Origin: a phage
Reading direction: 5' to 3' (one strand)
Length of the DNA stretch: 64,000 nucleotides
Sequence record: PZ386974.1
In this document: positions 23,301-33,711 of the stretch, in pieces
How the letters are laid out: every line of letters begins with the position of its first letter
Position numbering within the stretch: position 1 is the stretch's first letter
Position numbers and translations under genes: made by a program
Notes under the pieces: generated by a model
Seen by the model: the letters and a program-made list of their open reading frames with translations, nothing else
What the model was told of the DNA's origin: nothing
Database searches by the model: none

Positions 23301-24177
23301 TTCTCAACGTAATAAAGATGGGAATATAGCGTTTAGCATTAATGGCACTGTAATGCCAATAAACATTAACGCTTCCGGTTTGATGAATGTTAATGGCGTT
23401 GCAACATTCGGTCGTTCAGTTACTGCTAATGGCGAATTTATCAGTAAATCATCAAATGCTTTTAGAGCAATAAATGGAAATTACGGATTCTTTATTCGTA
23501 ATGCTGGTAATGACACTTATTTTATGCTCACTGCAGCTGGTGATCAGAACGGTGGATATAATGGATTACGTCCATTATCAATTAATAATCAATCCGGTCA
23601 AGTTACAATCGGTGAAAGCTTAATTATTGCCAAAGGTGTTACTATAAATTCAGGTGGTTTAACTGTTAACTCGAGAATTCGTTCTCAGGGTACTAAAACA
23701 TCTGATTTATATACCCGTGCACCAACATCTGATACTGTAGGATTCTGGTCAATCGATATTAACGATTCAGACACTTATAACCAGTTCCCAGGTTATTTTA
23801 AAATGGTTGAAAAAACTAATGAAGTGTCTGGACTTCCATACTTAGAACGTGGTGAAGAAGTTAAATCTCCTGGTACTTTGACTCAATTTGGCAATACTCT
23901 TGATTCACTTTACCAAGATTGGATTACTTATCCAACAACTCCAGACGCACGTACCACTCGCTGGACACGTACATGGCAGAAAACTAAAAATTCTTGGTCA
24001 AGTTTTGTTCAAGTATTTGATGGCGGAAACCCTCCTCAACCTTCTGATATTGGCGCTTTACCTTCTGATAATGCAACAATCGGAAACTTGACAATACGGG
24101 ATTTCTTAAGGATTGGTAATGTCCGCGTTATTCCAGACCCTGTGAATAAATCTGTTAAATTCGAGTGGATTGAATAA
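20302..24177 (+). CDS. 34: long tail fibre proximal subunit gp34
   Basis: 1291 aa; position at head of the fibre operon; extensive collinearity with T4 gp34 as recalled. Confidence 0.93.
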   Translation: MADIKRKFRAEDGLDAGGDKIVNVALADRTVGTDGVNVDFLVQENTVQVYDSTRGYNKGFVVLYDNRLYQAINDIVSPSGAFNLLQWRAVRTDAQWITVASGTYQLSSGESISVNTSAGNDMVFTLPNAPVDGDTIVLADIGGRTGAVKVQINASVQSILNFRGEQVRTVLMTRPRSQLVFVFSNRLWQMYIIDYGKESITVTPATPYQAQANDFIVLRFTSAAPINITLPRNANNGDIISLVDLDKLNPLYHTIIKTFDDTTSIGEVGTHIVEGRTSSDAFFVFDAANSLWRIWEGDQKSRLRIIRTDSNIRPNEEVLIFGTNNATAETINLTLPTGILTGDTVKISMNYMRKGQTVKIKAAEGDTIASSVALLQFPKRSEYPPDTQWVSVTELEFNGTTSYVPVLELAYIEDTDSDTHYWVVQQNVPTVERVDAGTDATRARLGVIALATQAQANADLENTPAKEVAITPETLANRTATEARRGIAKIATTAQVNQNSTASFVDDTVVTPKKLNERTATETRRGLAEIATQTETDAGLDDTTIITPKKLQARQGSETLSGIVKYVSTTSATPAASRGAAGTNVYNKDTTTLTISPKALDQYKATYAQQGAVILAVDSEVIAGQSQAGYSHAVVTPETLHKKTSTDGRIGLIEIATQAETNAGTDYTRAVTPKTLNDRKATEGLSGIAELATQVEFDTGTDDTRISTPLKIKTHFDSSDRTSVNSDSGLIEEGTLWNHYTLDISKANETQRGTLRVATQAESNAGTLDDVLITPKKLLGTKSTETSEGVIKVATRAETVTGTSANTAVSPKNLKWIVQNEPTWAATTAIRGFVKTSSGSITFVGNDTVGSTQPLESYEKNSYAVSPYELNRVLANYLPLKAKAADSNLLDGLDSSQFIRRDIAQTVNGSLTLTQQTNLSAPLVSSSTATFGGSVSANSTLTISNTGTATRLIFEKGPQTGTNPVQTMTIRVWGNQFGGGSDTTRSTVFEVGDETSNHFYSQRNKDGNIAFSINGTVMPININASGLMNVNGVATFGRSVTANGEFISKSSNAFRAINGNYGFFIRNAGNDTYFMLTAAGDQNGGYNGLRPLSINNQSGQVTIGESLIIAKGVTINSGGLTVNSRIRSQGTKTSDLYTRAPTSDTVGFWSIDINDSDTYNQFPGYFKMVEKTNEVSGLPYLERGEEVKSPGTLTQFGNTLDSLYQDWITYPTTPDARTTRWTRTWQKTKNSWSSFVQVFDGGNPPQPSDIGALPSDNATIGNLTIRDFLRIGNVRVIPDPVNKSVKFEWIE

Positions 24178-24185
24178 GAGGTATT

Positions 24186-25313
24186 ATGGAAAAATTTATG
24201 GCTAAGTTTGGACAAGGATACGTCCAAACGCCATTTTTATCGGAAAGCAATTCGGTACGATTTAAATTAAGCATAGCGGGCTCTTGTCCGCTATCAACAT
24301 CTCCTGCCTATATTAAGTTCCAAGATAATCCACTTGGGTCCCAGGTTTTTTCTGTTGGATTAAACGTTCGTGTAATAAATCCTACAACAGGTGCAGTAGT
24401 TGAATCTAAGTCATATAATTTCTCTACTGAAAACGACGCCACGTCAAGTGCATTTGTTACTTTCATGGACACATATGCTTCAAATTTTATATTTGCTCTT
24501 GTTACTAACGCTAAAACAAACTTTCCACCCGAAGTTCTTACATGGTTTAATAAAGCCGGAAGTTCTGCTATTCCATTAGCTCAACAAGTTTTAAATATAG
24601 TGGACATTTCTTATTCTGCGTTTTATATTTCTGGTAAGAATGCTATAGCACTAGAACATATTAAGTATAGTAATAAGAAAACTTCAACCGACTATAGTAC
24701 ACCACTTGATGTTGTGTACGACACGATCGATGATATTGGTGCTACCGGCTTCCCTAGACGTACGTACGAATCGACAGACACATTTTTATCTGCTGTTGGA
24801 GGTGCTAATAATGAAATTAAAAGGATGCCTACAACGTCCGTTATTACACCTCTCACTGGGTATAAATTGAAGCCTGGAGATTTCCTTTATATGAAATTCC
24901 AACTAATGGCCGATGCCGATTTGTTAGCACAAGGGACGACACGACTTTCTATTCGTTTCTTTAAATCTCCTTCTACTTCACCTATTTCATTTAAGGATAT
25001 AAACTTTGATGGGGCTGCAGGTGAATGGAAGATATATGAAGACTACATAGAAATTCCTGCTGGTGCTGACGGGTTCACGATTTATTGTTATCGTACAGCT
25101 CCAGTCGGGCAAGGTGGATTAAGAAACGTTATATTCACTGAAGTATCATGTAATGGAAGCGTTTCAAAACCTGCCGAGTTTGGTATAAATGGTATTCGTG
25201 TAAATTATGTTTCAGAATCTTTAAGTGCCCCAGACATAATGACATTACCTACTCAATCTTCAACCGATACTGGTAAGGTATTTGGTCAAGAATTTAAAGA
25301 AGCATCAGAATAA
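24186..25313 (+). CDS. 35: long tail fibre hinge protein gp35
   Basis: 375 aa ORF immediately after gene 34; size and order as in T4. Confidence 0.88.
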   Translation: MEKFMAKFGQGYVQTPFLSESNSVRFKLSIAGSCPLSTSPAYIKFQDNPLGSQVFSVGLNVRVINPTTGAVVESKSYNFSTENDATSSAFVTFMDTYASNFIFALVTNAKTNFPPEVLTWFNKAGSSAIPLAQQVLNIVDISYSAFYISGKNAIALEHIKYSNKKTSTDYSTPLDVVYDTIDDIGATGFPRRTYESTDTFLSAVGGANNEIKRMPTTSVITPLTGYKLKPGDFLYMKFQLMADADLLAQGTTRLSIRFFKSPSTSPISFKDINFDGAAGEWKIYEDYIEIPAGADGFTIYCYRTAPVGQGGLRNVIFTEVSCNGSVSKPAEFGINGIRVNYVSESLSAPDIMTLPTQSSTDTGKVFGQEFKEASE

Positions 25314-25318
25314 ATTTA

Positions 25319-25342
25319 GGGAGACTTCGGTCTCCCATTTTT
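25319..25342 (+). terminator. intrinsic terminator GGGAGAC-UUCG-GUCUCCC plus U-run
   Basis: 7-bp stem with UUCG tetraloop followed by ATTTTT; 5 nt after gene 35 stop. Confidence 0.65.
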
Positions 25343-25343
25343 G

Positions 25344-25351
25344 TATAAATA
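25344..25351 (+). promoter_or_regulatory. late promoter TATAAATA for gene 36
   Basis: Exact octamer 25 nt upstream of gene 36 ATG, immediately after the terminator hairpin. Confidence 0.6.
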
Positions 25352-25375
25352 TGGTATACATATAAGGAGACAACT

Positions 25376-26041
25376 ATGGCCGATTTAAAAGCTGGTAGTA
25401 CAACTGGCGGTGCTGTCATATGGCATCAAGGTAATTTCCCTTTAATGCCAGCAGGTGATGACGTCCTGTATAAAACGTTTAAACTCTATTCAGAATATAA
25501 TAAACCACAAGCTGCTGATAACGATTTCGTTTCTAAAGCTAATGGTGGTACGTATGCCGCTCGAGTAACATTTAATAATGGTGTGCAAGTACCTTATGCC
25601 GTAAATAACACAAATCAAAGTGGTATTTATCCTGGCAATGGCGATGCTGCTACTTTTGATACAGCAAATATTGATATTGTTTCATGGTATGGCATTGGTT
25701 TTAAATCATCACAAGGATCTGCAGGTAGAACTGTTGTTGTTAACACTCGTACTGGTGATATCAGCACTAAAGGTGGTATTTATGCAACTGGTCCTGTCCG
25801 TTCTAATGCTACTGCTCCGGTTGCAGCAAATGATCTCACAAGAAAAGATTATGTTGATGGACGAATAAATATTGTTACGGATAACGCAAATTCCCGTGTA
25901 TTGCGTAAAGGCGATACCATGACTGGTACTTTAACAGCACCAAACTTTTTCTCACAGAATCCGGCGTCTGAGGCTAATCATGTTCCTCGTTTCGACCAGA
26001 TTGTAATTAAAGATTCTGTTCAAGATTTCGGCTATTATTAA
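25376..26041 (+). CDS. 36: long tail fibre distal connector gp36
   Basis: 221 aa, same length as T4 gp36; operon position. Confidence 0.88.
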   Translation: MADLKAGSTTGGAVIWHQGNFPLMPAGDDVLYKTFKLYSEYNKPQAADNDFVSKANGGTYAARVTFNNGVQVPYAVNNTNQSGIYPGNGDAATFDTANIDIVSWYGIGFKSSQGSAGRTVVVNTRTGDISTKGGIYATGPVRSNATAPVAANDLTRKDYVDGRINIVTDNANSRVLRKGDTMTGTLTAPNFFSQNPASEANHVPRFDQIVIKDSVQDFGYY

Positions 26042-26049
26042 GAGGACTT

Positions 26050-29000
26050 ATGGCTACATTAAAACAGATACAATTTAAAAGAAGCAAAGTAGCAGGAGTT
26101 AATCCTACTGCAGCACAATTAGCCGAAGGCGAATTAGCGATAAACTTAAAAGATCGAACTCTTTTTACTAAAGATGACCTCGGTAATATTATTAGCCTAG
26201 GCTTTGCTAAGGGTGGGGATATTAACGGTAATGTAACTCAAAATGGTGATTATTTACAAAACGGCACATTTAACCTCAATGGAAATCAGTTTGTTTATGC
26301 AGGAAAATACATTGAATTTTTACCTAAAACCACTGGAAATGGCGCTTGGGCTAACCAACATTCGAATAAAGCCCCTATCTTTACAGATTTGAGTTCAACT
26401 ACTTCTATTTCAGAATACCACCCTTTGATTAAACAACGCTATAAAGATGGAACTTTTTCTGCTGGTACATTAGTAAACGAAGGTAGTTTTAAATTCCATT
26501 ATATTGATGAAACCGGGACTTCAAAATACTGGACTTTTAATCGAAACGGTAATTTTCAAGTTGATTCTGGAAGTTTATTAGTATCTAATGGATATTTAGT
26601 TACTCAAAGTAATATTGAAACTAAAGCTGGTTCTTTAATTGGTCCTAAAGTTATTACCAAAAATATCAATGTGAGCACTAAATCTTGGGGCACTAATATT
26701 GATACTGCATATGATTTAGTTTCATTACCGACTTGGCACTATACTCCAACCGAAACAGATTTGGATACTAATGGTATAAACTACCTTCGTAAATTCCGCG
26801 GACATGTTTCTTCTGCTATTTTCCATGAAGTTGCTGATGCTCGTTCAGGTAAACCACAGAATATTTCGTATTGGACGGGACGTAATGCTGAAGTTTATCA
26901 ATGGTCTTATACCACAGATGGGCGTATGTCTGTTGCTAATTCGATAGGTATAGGTCTTGCTGATGTTGGTGACCAAGGACGTTATCCATTGGTTTCGTTT
27001 GGTAAAGGTATTGCAATTGGTGACAATGATACTGGTATTAAATGGGTTCGTGACGGGGTTATCGATTTAGTTGCGAATGGTATTTCTGCCGGCACTATTC
27101 TTAATAACGGCATTAACAGTACTAAAAAATTGATGGTTGGTTATAGTCGAGATTCTGGTTCTACTTGGGATTACCCAAATAACAACCAAGCAATGTTTAC
27201 TGCGCGTACCGATGTTGATGGTAATAATAACGGTGACGGTCAGACTCATATTGGTTATAGCAGCAATGCCAAGATGTATCACTATTTCCGTGGCACTGGT
27301 CGTATGTCCGTTAGTATGGGCGATGGACTTCTTGTTGAGCCTGGCATTTTAGATATTAAAACTGGTTCAAATTCGTTAAATTTGCGTGCTGATGGTACCA
27401 TCGCTTCCGTTCAAACGTTAAAACTTAATAATGGATTATATTTTAATGGCGATGGAACTAATGCTTCTCTAGTTTTTAAAGCAGCTTCAGGTATTGATGG
27501 CACTAAGCAAATCATGTGGGAAGGCGGTACTCGAGCAGGTCAGAATAAGAGTTATGTAACGGCTAAAGCATGGGGTAATTCATTTAATGCCACTGGTGAT
27601 AAATCTCGTGAAACTGTATTTGAAGTTAGTGACGGGCATGGATACCATTTTTATTCTCAACGTGTAGCTCCTGCGCCTGGTTCTACCGTCGGACCTATTC
27701 AATTTCGAGTTAATGGTGGTTTATTAACTTCAGGTAGTATTGTTACTTCTGGTTCTATTACAACTGAATCTTCTTTAAGTGTTAATAATGGCATGTCAGT
27801 AAATGGACAAGCTAAATTCGGTGGAACTGCTGATGCATTAAGAATTTGGAATGCTGAATACGGTGCTATTTTCCGTCGTTCAGAGGCGGCATTGCATATT
27901 ATTCCAACTCCTAAAGATGCAGGTGAATCTGGCGGAATAAGTAATCTTCGCCCATTAAGTATCAGCCTTAATAATGGTATGGTGCAAATGCGTCATTCTG
28001 TCACGTTAGGTGACGATGGTGCTGGCGGTAATATGATTACAGTGGACAATGATAACAAACTTGTTGTTGTTACTAGTAATAGTCGCATTTCTCCTAATTT
28101 CAGAATGCAGATAGGTCAGTCGGCATACATTGATGCAGAATGTACTGATAGAGCACGTCCGGCCGGAGCGGGTTCTTTTGCTTCCCAAAATAATGAAAAT
28201 GTACGTGCGCCGTTCTATATGAATATTGATAGAACTGATACTAGTACATATGTTCCTATTTTGAAACAACGATATGTTCAAGGAAATAGCTGTTATTCTT
28301 TAGGAACTCTAATTAATGGTGGTAACTTTAGAGTTCATTATCATGAAGGTGGTGATAATGATTCGACGGGCCCTTTAATTAAGGACTTCGGGTGGGAATT
28401 CAATAGAACCGGTGATTTTATTTCCCCTGGTAAATTAGGCGCTGGTACGGTTCGTATTGGTACTGACGGTAACATCACAGGTGGTTCTGGTAATTTTGCC
28501 AACTTAAATAGTACAATTGAATCACTTAAAACTGATATTGTCTCAAGTTATCCAATTGGTGCTCCGATTCCATGGCCTACTGATACACCTCCTGAAGGTT
28601 ATGCCATAATGGAAGGTCAAACATTTGATGCTGGCTTGTATCCTAAGTTAGCTGCGGTGTATCCTTCCGGCTCTCTGCCTGATATGCGTGGTCAAACTAT
28701 CAAGGGTAAACCATCTGGGCGTGCTGTATTGAGTACAGAAGCAGACGGTGTTAAGTCACATAGCCATAGTGCAAGTGCATCAAGCACAGATTTGGGTACT
28801 AAGACCACTTCTAGTTTTGATTACGGTAGCAAAACGACTTCAAGCTTTGATTATGGTACTAAGACCAGTAATACCACTGGCAACCATAACCATACAGTGA
28901 GTGGTAATACTAGTTCCGCAGGAGCTCACCACCACGCGCGTTCAGGTCCTCAGGTACAAGGCGGCATACCCACTAGCGTATTCTATGATGGATACAATAG

Positions 29001-29304
29001 TGCTGGTCCAAACGGCAACGCTAAATTCACTGCAACCGTGAGCGGTGCTACTGCATCGTCGAATATGGCCAAAACTTCTTCAGACGGTGCCCACACCCAT
29101 AGTTGGTCAGGAACTACTAGCTCTACGGGTAACCACGCGCATACTGTAGGTATCGGTGCCCATAGCCATTCGGTCGGTATTGGTGCTCATACCCACACGG
29201 TAGCTATTGGTTCGCACGGTCATACTATCACTGTAAATAGTACAGGAAATACAGAAAACACAGTTAAAAACGTTGCTTTTAACTATATCGTTCGTTTAGC
29301 ATAA
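26050..29304 (+). CDS. 37: long tail fibre distal subunit gp37 (receptor-binding tip)
   Basis: 1084 aa; N-terminal region shares repeats with gp34; C-terminus has tandem [11 protein letters not shown] repeats and seven or more HxH boxes (HSHS, NHNH, AHHH, HTHS, NHAH, HSHS, HTHT, HGH). Confidence 0.92.
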   Translation: MATLKQIQFKRSKVAGVNPTAAQLAEGELAINLKDRTLFTKDDLGNIISLGFAKGGDINGNVTQNGDYLQNGTFNLNGNQFVYAGKYIEFLPKTTGNGAWANQHSNKAPIFTDLSSTTSISEYHPLIKQRYKDGTFSAGTLVNEGSFKFHYIDETGTSKYWTFNRNGNFQVDSGSLLVSNGYLVTQSNIETKAGSLIGPKVITKNINVSTKSWGTNIDTAYDLVSLPTWHYTPTETDLDTNGINYLRKFRGHVSSAIFHEVADARSGKPQNISYWTGRNAEVYQWSYTTDGRMSVANSIGIGLADVGDQGRYPLVSFGKGIAIGDNDTGIKWVRDGVIDLVANGISAGTILNNGINSTKKLMVGYSRDSGSTWDYPNNNQAMFTARTDVDGNNNGDGQTHIGYSSNAKMYHYFRGTGRMSVSMGDGLLVEPGILDIKTGSNSLNLRADGTIASVQTLKLNNGLYFNGDGTNASLVFKAASGIDGTKQIMWEGGTRAGQNKSYVTAKAWGNSFNATGDKSRETVFEVSDGHGYHFYSQRVAPAPGSTVGPIQFRVNGGLLTSGSIVTSGSITTESSLSVNNGMSVNGQAKFGGTADALRIWNAEYGAIFRRSEAALHIIPTPKDAGESGGISNLRPLSISLNNGMVQMRHSVTLGDDGAGGNMITVDNDNKLVVVTSNSRISPNFRMQIGQSAYIDAECTDRARPAGAGSFASQNNENVRAPFYMNIDRTDTSTYVPILKQRYVQGNSCYSLGTLINGGNFRVHYHEGGDNDSTGPLIKDFGWEFNRTGDFISPGKLGAGTVRIGTDGNITGGSGNFANLNSTIESLKTDIVSSYPIGAPIPWPTDTPPEGYAIMEGQTFDAGLYPKLAAVYPSGSLPDMRGQTIKGKPSGRAVLSTEADGVKSHSHSASASSTDLGTKTTSSFDYGSKTTSSFDYGTKTSNTTGNHNHTVSGNTSSAGAHHHARSGPQVQGGIPTSVFYDGYNSAGPNGNAKFTATVSGATASSNMAKTSSDGAHTHSWSGTTSSTGNHAHTVGIGAHSHSVGIGAHTHTVAIGSHGHTITVNSTGNTENTVKNVAFNYIVRLA

Positions 29305-29310
29305 GGAGAA

Positions 29311-29329
29311 GGGACCTCAGTCCCTTTTT
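29311..29329 (+). terminator. hairpin GGGAC-CUCA-GUCCC plus U5 between genes 37 and 38
   Basis: 5-bp stem, U-run; lies between the SD-like AAGGAG (29303..29308) and the gene 38 AUG. Confidence 0.55.
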
Positions 29330-29334
29330 ATAAT

Positions 29335-29886
29335 ATGAAACTCTATCATTATTATTTTGACACTAAAGAATTTTACAAAGAAGAAAATTATAAACCATTA
29401 AAAGGCGTAGGATTTCCGGCTCATTCGACACCAAAAAAACCTTTAGACCCTAAAGAAGGCTATGCTGTTATATTTGATGAACGCGAACAAGAATGGGTAT
29501 ATGTTGAAGACCATCGTGGAAAAACGGTATGGACTTATGATAAGCAAAAAATTGTTATTGACACTCCAGGTGCTCTTCAAAATGTTACTACAGAAGAACC
29601 TGGTGAATTTGACATTTGGACCGACGACGGGTGGAAGGAAGATGAAGCATATAAACGTGTAGTTCAACGTGATAAGAAAATTCATGAACTCTATAAATTA
29701 TTCAGTGTTTTAAGTTCTCTTATTGATGCAGAGGTTGCTAATAGAGAAGAAAAACGAAAATTTAAAGAGCTCAAAAAATTCTTTGCCCTTTTAGAAAAAC
29801 ATGAACATCTTGGCGGCGAATTCCCTAAATTCCCTGACCTTGAAAGCAAATCACTTGTTAAACGAATTATAAATATCTTTAAGTAA
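29335..29886 (+). CDS. 38: tail fibre assembly chaperone gp38 (T4-type)
   Basis: 183 aa, same length as T4 gp38 and collinear with it as recalled (MKLYHYYFDTKEFYKEENYKP...). Confidence 0.88.
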   Translation: MKLYHYYFDTKEFYKEENYKPLKGVGFPAHSTPKKPLDPKEGYAVIFDEREQEWVYVEDHRGKTVWTYDKQKIVIDTPGALQNVTTEEPGEFDIWTDDGWKEDEAYKRVVQRDKKIHELYKLFSVLSSLIDAEVANREEKRKFKELKKFFALLEKHEHLGGEFPKFPDLESKSLVKRIINIFK

Positions 29887-29895
29887 GGAGGTATT

Positions 29896-30555
29896 ATGGC
29901 AACACCAAAAGTGTCATTTTCGCCTAGTGATATTCTATTTGGGTTGCTAGATCGTATTTTCAAAGATAACGCTACTGGAAAGGTTTTAATGTCCCGAGTA
30001 GCGGTAATTATTCTTTTGTTCCTAATGGCACTAATATGGTACAAAGGAAGTATTTTGCTGGATTATTATGTAAGAGCTAAGTATGATACTTATACTGAAA
30101 TAATCCAAAAAGAACGAGCTTTACGTTTTGAATCTGCGGCTCTAGAACAACTGCAAATAGTTCATATCTCATCTGGTGCAGATTTTAGTGCTGTGTATTC
30201 TTTCAGACCTAAAAACTTAAATTATTTTGTCGACCTTATAGCTTATGAAGGCAAACTACCTAGCACAATTTCTGAAAAGTCCCTTGGCGGATTCCCGGTG
30301 GATAAAACGGCCAATGAATATATAATTCATTTAAGCGGCCGTCATTTCTCATCTAAATCAGAATTTGCATTTTTGCCTACAAAATCTAAGACTGCCGAAC
30401 TTTCTTATATGTATAGCTGTCCATACTTTAATTTGGATAACATCTATGCTGGAACTGTGACGATGTATTGGTATAAGGGGAATAATATACTTGAGGAGGA
30501 CCGCTTAGCGGCTATATGCAACCAAGCGGTCCGAATACTAGGAAGGGCTAAATAA
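29896..30555 (+). CDS. t: holin T
   Basis: 219 aa; single N-terminal TM helix and large periplasmic domain; matches T4 holin T; SD AAGGAGG upstream. Confidence 0.9.
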   Translation: MATPKVSFSPSDILFGLLDRIFKDNATGKVLMSRVAVIILLFLMALIWYKGSILLDYYVRAKYDTYTEIIQKERALRFESAALEQLQIVHISSGADFSAVYSFRPKNLNYFVDLIAYEGKLPSTISEKSLGGFPVDKTANEYIIHLSGRHFSSKSEFAFLPTKSKTAELSYMYSCPYFNLDNIYAGTVTMYWYKGNNILEEDRLAAICNQAVRILGRAK

Positions 30556-30828
30556 TTAGTTGTTAGAATACATCGCTAAATGACGATAAATATTTTCAAA
30601 ACCTTCATTGAATTCACTAATCAGTGTTTTCTTTTCTTCGGCAGTTAAATTTGTAATTAGTTTTCTAAAAGAATTCTGATTTAGCTGCCGACCATCTTTT
30701 TTAATTCCAATCTCATTCAAGAATCCGATGAAACTTGCTCGGTCTTCAACAATATCTTCCCTAGAGAATTTAATCAAAATAGAAGCAATAGTAATAATTT
30801 CACGTACGATTTCAATGTCTTTATTCAT
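30556..30828 (-). CDS. asiA: anti-sigma70 factor AsiA
   Basis: 90 aa, same length and collinear with T4 AsiA as recalled; convergent with t. Confidence 0.85.
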   Translation of the reverse strand: MNKDIEIVREIITIASILIKFSREDIVEDRASFIGFLNEIGIKKDGRQLNQNSFRKLITNLTAEEKKTLISEFNEGFENIYRHLAMYSNN

Positions 30829-30874
30829 AACGTTTTATTCATTCCACTTAGTTGATATGGATATAGTACCATTA

Positions 30875-31036
30875 TCAGTGTTGATTGTAAACGGCTTTTT
30901 CTACGCTTTTAACGTAATTGGTATAGTCTTCCTGTTCGTACGAGTGTAAGGCTAAGAACAGAGCTAATAATTCATTATAGACTAAAGCCTCACGCTCACG
31001 TTCGGCCTCTACTACGTTCTGAAGATTATGACTCAT
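30875..31036 (-). CDS. hypothetical small protein (53 aa from ATG 31036; 71 aa if track start 31090 is used)
   Basis: ORF track; SD AAGGA precedes the ATG at 31036. Confidence 0.35.
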   Translation of the reverse strand: MSHNLQNVVEAEREREALVYNELLALFLALHSYEQEDYTNYVKSVEKAVYNQH

Positions 31037-31412
31037 ATCGTTCCTTATAACTATCAATATAGTCCTGTATGTCGAAAAACGACATTTCATATTCTAGGGC
31101 GTTAAGAGCCCGTTCTTCAGTATAGTCAGAACCAAAGACGATAGTGATTTCGCCAGGCTTCATGTGATTGAAATCGACACTAAAAGGAATACGAGAACAT
31201 ACTTCGTCTGCCATATCTACGATAACACTACGACACACTTCTCGGTTAACCCGATAAAGCTCTGCAAGTTCTTCACATCGAATAACAAGTTCAGTGGCAG
31301 GATTTTCTTTGATTTTAGTAAGCATAGTCTTTACCCTTATGTTTTTGTTTACGTTTAGATTGAAGTTCTGATTTCTTTTTGTCCTTATGGACGGAAGCCT
31401 TATTGAAATCAT
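31026..31412 (-). CDS. hypothetical protein (128 aa)
   Basis: Track start 31424 is TTG; ATG at 31412 forms ATGA overlap with upstream ORF stop. Confidence 0.4.
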   Translation of the reverse strand: MISIRLPSIRTKRNQNFNLNVNKNIRVKTMLTKIKENPATELVIRCEELAELYRVNREVCRSVIVDMADEVCSRIPFSVDFNHMKPGEITIVFGSDYTEERALNALEYEMSFFDIQDYIDSYKERYES

Positions 31413-31627
31413 GTTTTGCCACAAGATTGTTCATAATGCTTTATAACCTCGTTTAAACATTTACTAGTGAAAGAAAACTTTTTAGCCACAGAACATTCGA
31501 TAATGTGCTCTTTCAAATCTTTAGAGTCGGTATAACCCATCTCAATAATAAAGTGGCGAATTAAAGCTTTATTCTTATCATTAACAGAATTAAAATAATC
31601 TGCTTTAGAATCAATTATTCTCATCAT
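31409..31627 (-). CDS. hypothetical protein (72 aa)
   Basis: ORF track. Confidence 0.45.
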   Translation of the reverse strand: MMRIIDSKADYFNSVNDKNKALIRHFIIEMGYTDSKDLKEHIIECSVAKKFSFTSKCLNEVIKHYEQSCGKT

Positions 31628-31892
31628 CTAATTTCCTTAATTGATATTGCAACGAGCTAATAATTTCTTCGTTCATTTTAATATACATGTCACGCAAGAA
31701 AGGTTTTAATCCATCACGAATAATTGCTAACGTATCACCTTTACATAAATTAACCAAATAAGGATGGTCTAAAGCGTCCCAACCAGGCTGATTAGCATAC
31801 ATACCATAGTTTTCTTCCATCATAGCATTCAGGCGTTTGATATGATTAATGTGGGCTTCAATAGCATCAATCTGGAGTTGTTTAAGATTCAT
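31611..31892 (-). CDS. hypothetical protein (93 aa)
   Basis: ORF track; lies in the asiA-motA interval where T4 carries arn; identity not established. Confidence 0.45.
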   Translation of the reverse strand: MNLKQLQIDAIEAHINHIKRLNAMMEENYGMYANQPGWDALDHPYLVNLCKGDTLAIIRDGLKPFLRDMYIKMNEEIISSLQYQLRKLDDENN

Positions 31893-32353
31893 TAGTAAAG
31901 GTCCTCAGAGTAAAGTTCTTTTTCATTACCACCACGTTCAATACGTACTTGTCCAGCGTAAGTTGCAATAATCATTGCTTCTTCACGTGTCCAGTAATTA
32001 CTATATTGGTCAATAAATCCTTGGTCATCATCACAAACTTGTTGAGTAACTAATTGAGGTTTAACTACATCTAAAACTTCTGCCATATCTTTAGAATAAT
32101 GGCGAGCACCTGGAATAATAAGAGTTCGTCCATCTTTTAATTTAAAACGATTAGCTGCACAGACAATTCGTCGTTGATACTTTTGGTTTTCATCCCAATA
32201 CAGAGTCTGCCAACAGATTTCAGGAACTTCATCTAAAACATTTTGTTCTGTATATTCACCGCCGTAAGAAGCTAATTTAGCAGCCAGACTTTCCGGAGTC
32301 TCACGCGACAAAGCTTTATCTAACAGAGCTAAACGTTCTTTAAAAGTTTTCAT
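31892..32353 (-). CDS. hypothetical protein (153 aa)
   Basis: ORF track. Confidence 0.5.
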   Translation of the reverse strand: MKTFKERLALLDKALSRETPESLAAKLASYGGEYTEQNVLDEVPEICWQTLYWDENQKYQRRIVCAANRFKLKDGRTLIIPGARHYSKDMAEVLDVVKPQLVTQQVCDDDQGFIDQYSNYWTREEAMIIATYAGQVRIERGGNEKELYSEDLY

Positions 32354-32679
32354 TTAAACCATCCTTTAATACGTTGCCAAATAGATTTTTGTGCTTGTTT
32401 ATTTACACCAATCGAACGAATAACCGGTTGTGACTGCTGATATTCTTTATAATCTTCTTTATAGATTTCGTAAGCTGCATCAACAAATGAACTGATCGCT
32501 GCCATGTAGTTTTTACGAAGGCCAAATGGCGCGTCATTATTTTCACGAATAACCGTATATTGGCCTGCTTTAATCTTTACAATTGTCCCTAAATAAGCCC
32601 CGTGGTACCAAATATCCCATCCTTCTTGAGTAGGTTCTGCACATTTACGAAGTTCGTTAATAATATTCAGCTTATTCAT
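32350..32679 (-). CDS. hypothetical protein (109 aa)
   Basis: ORF track. Confidence 0.5.
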   Translation of the reverse strand: MNKLNIINELRKCAEPTQEGWDIWYHGAYLGTIVKIKAGQYTVIRENNDAPFGLRKNYMAAISSFVDAAYEIYKEDYKEYQQSQPVIRSIGVNKQAQKSIWQRIKGWFK

Positions 32680-32689
32680 TATGTATTCC

Positions 32690-33322
32690 TCACAGTACGT
32701 TAGTTACAAGGGTAATGATTTCTTTGGACACATTAGGGAAGTCAATGTAAGTATATTTACCACCGATCTTAATCTTAACATCATTTTCAAGAGAAGTAAA
32801 CAGCTTTGATTCAGTTTCTGACATGTTGTATGCAAAGATTCTAAGAGAACCATCTCGACGAATTTCGATCTGACGAATACCTAGAACTCGTTTAGCGAAT
32901 CGAACTTCTAAGTTACTACGGTTTTCACCAATTTCTTTAACTTCAACTTTATCTTTAATATTTTCAAAAACAAAGTTTGCTAATTCATGCATTTCAGGAG
33001 TAACTCCACGTGCTTTTCTAGTGTTACGTTTCTGAAGAAGTTCTGGAGCATTTTCTTGGGCAAAGAGGTCTGCAGCTTTTTGGATAATATCCATTGCTTC
33101 GCCTGTTGCTACAAGTCCATCACCGGATTTTTCGACTAAACCTTTCTTAATCAATACACCAATGTTAGAGTTAACAACCGATGCATTGTATTCTGCTTCC
33201 AGAGCTTCACGGACATTGGCAGCAGTGGTGAAGTTGTTCTTAATGATATAAACCATTATTGCAGCAGTTTTTTCATTCAGAGCGTTTTCAGAAGCTTTGA
33301 TGATGTAAGTAACTTTAGACAT
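32690..33322 (-). CDS. motA: middle-transcription activator MotA
   Basis: 210 aa; collinear with T4 MotA as recalled (MSKVTYIIKAS..., VLIKKGLVEKSGDGL); ATG start. Confidence 0.85.
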   Translation of the reverse strand: MSKVTYIIKASENALNEKTAAIMVYIIKNNFTTAANVREALEAEYNASVVNSNIGVLIKKGLVEKSGDGLVATGEAMDIIQKAADLFAQENAPELLQKRNTRKARGVTPEMHELANFVFENIKDKVEVKEIGENRSNLEVRFAKRVLGIRQIEIRRDGSLRIFAYNMSETESKLFTSLENDVKIKIGGKYTYIDFPNVSKEIITLVTNVL

Positions 33323-33361
33323 TTTATTTCTCCAATTTGGGTGTTTTGTTTTGATAGGTCT

Positions 33362-33390
33362 ATACTATCATGTTTGAAGCAAAAGTAAAC
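33362..33390 (-). promoter_or_regulatory. sigma70-type early promoter for motA (-35 GTTTAC, 17 bp, -10 TAGTAT)
   Basis: Minus strand GTTTAC 33390..33385, TAGTAT 33367..33362; part of a 78-bp element duplicated at 33635..33712. Confidence 0.5.
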
Positions 33391-33427
33391 TTTATTTTGG
33401 GCTCTTTTTCAAAAGCCCTGGTAAAAT

Positions 33428-33643
33428 TTACAAACTCATTTCTTTAATAAGGCTAATAAGTTTTGCCTTTTTAGAACGAAGCTTTTCTAAATGATGTCCA
33501 TTTGAACCGCGAACCACTAAAGAATTGATTTCAACTTCTAAGAAATTTAATTCTTCAACAAGTGCTTTACGTGGAGCATTCATACCAGGTTTAACTTTAC
33601 CGAAACGAGTAGTTGTGTTTTGGGTTAATTTCATTTTAGACAT
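33428..33643 (-). CDS. hypothetical protein (71 aa, basic)
   Basis: ORF track; ATG start; shares promoter/leader/first three codons (MSK) with motA. Confidence 0.5.
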   Translation of the reverse strand: MSKMKLTQNTTTRFGKVKPGMNAPRKALVEELNFLEVEINSLVVRGSNGHHLEKLRSKKAKLISLIKEMSL

Positions 33644-33682
33644 TTTATTTCTCCAATTTGGTTGTTTTGTTTTGATAGGTCT

Positions 33683-33711
33683 ATACTATCATGTTTGAAG
33701 CAAAAGTAAAC
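33683..33711 (-). promoter_or_regulatory. sigma70-type early promoter (duplicate of the motA promoter)
   Basis: Minus strand GTTTAC 33711..33706, TAGTAT 33688..33683. Confidence 0.5.
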
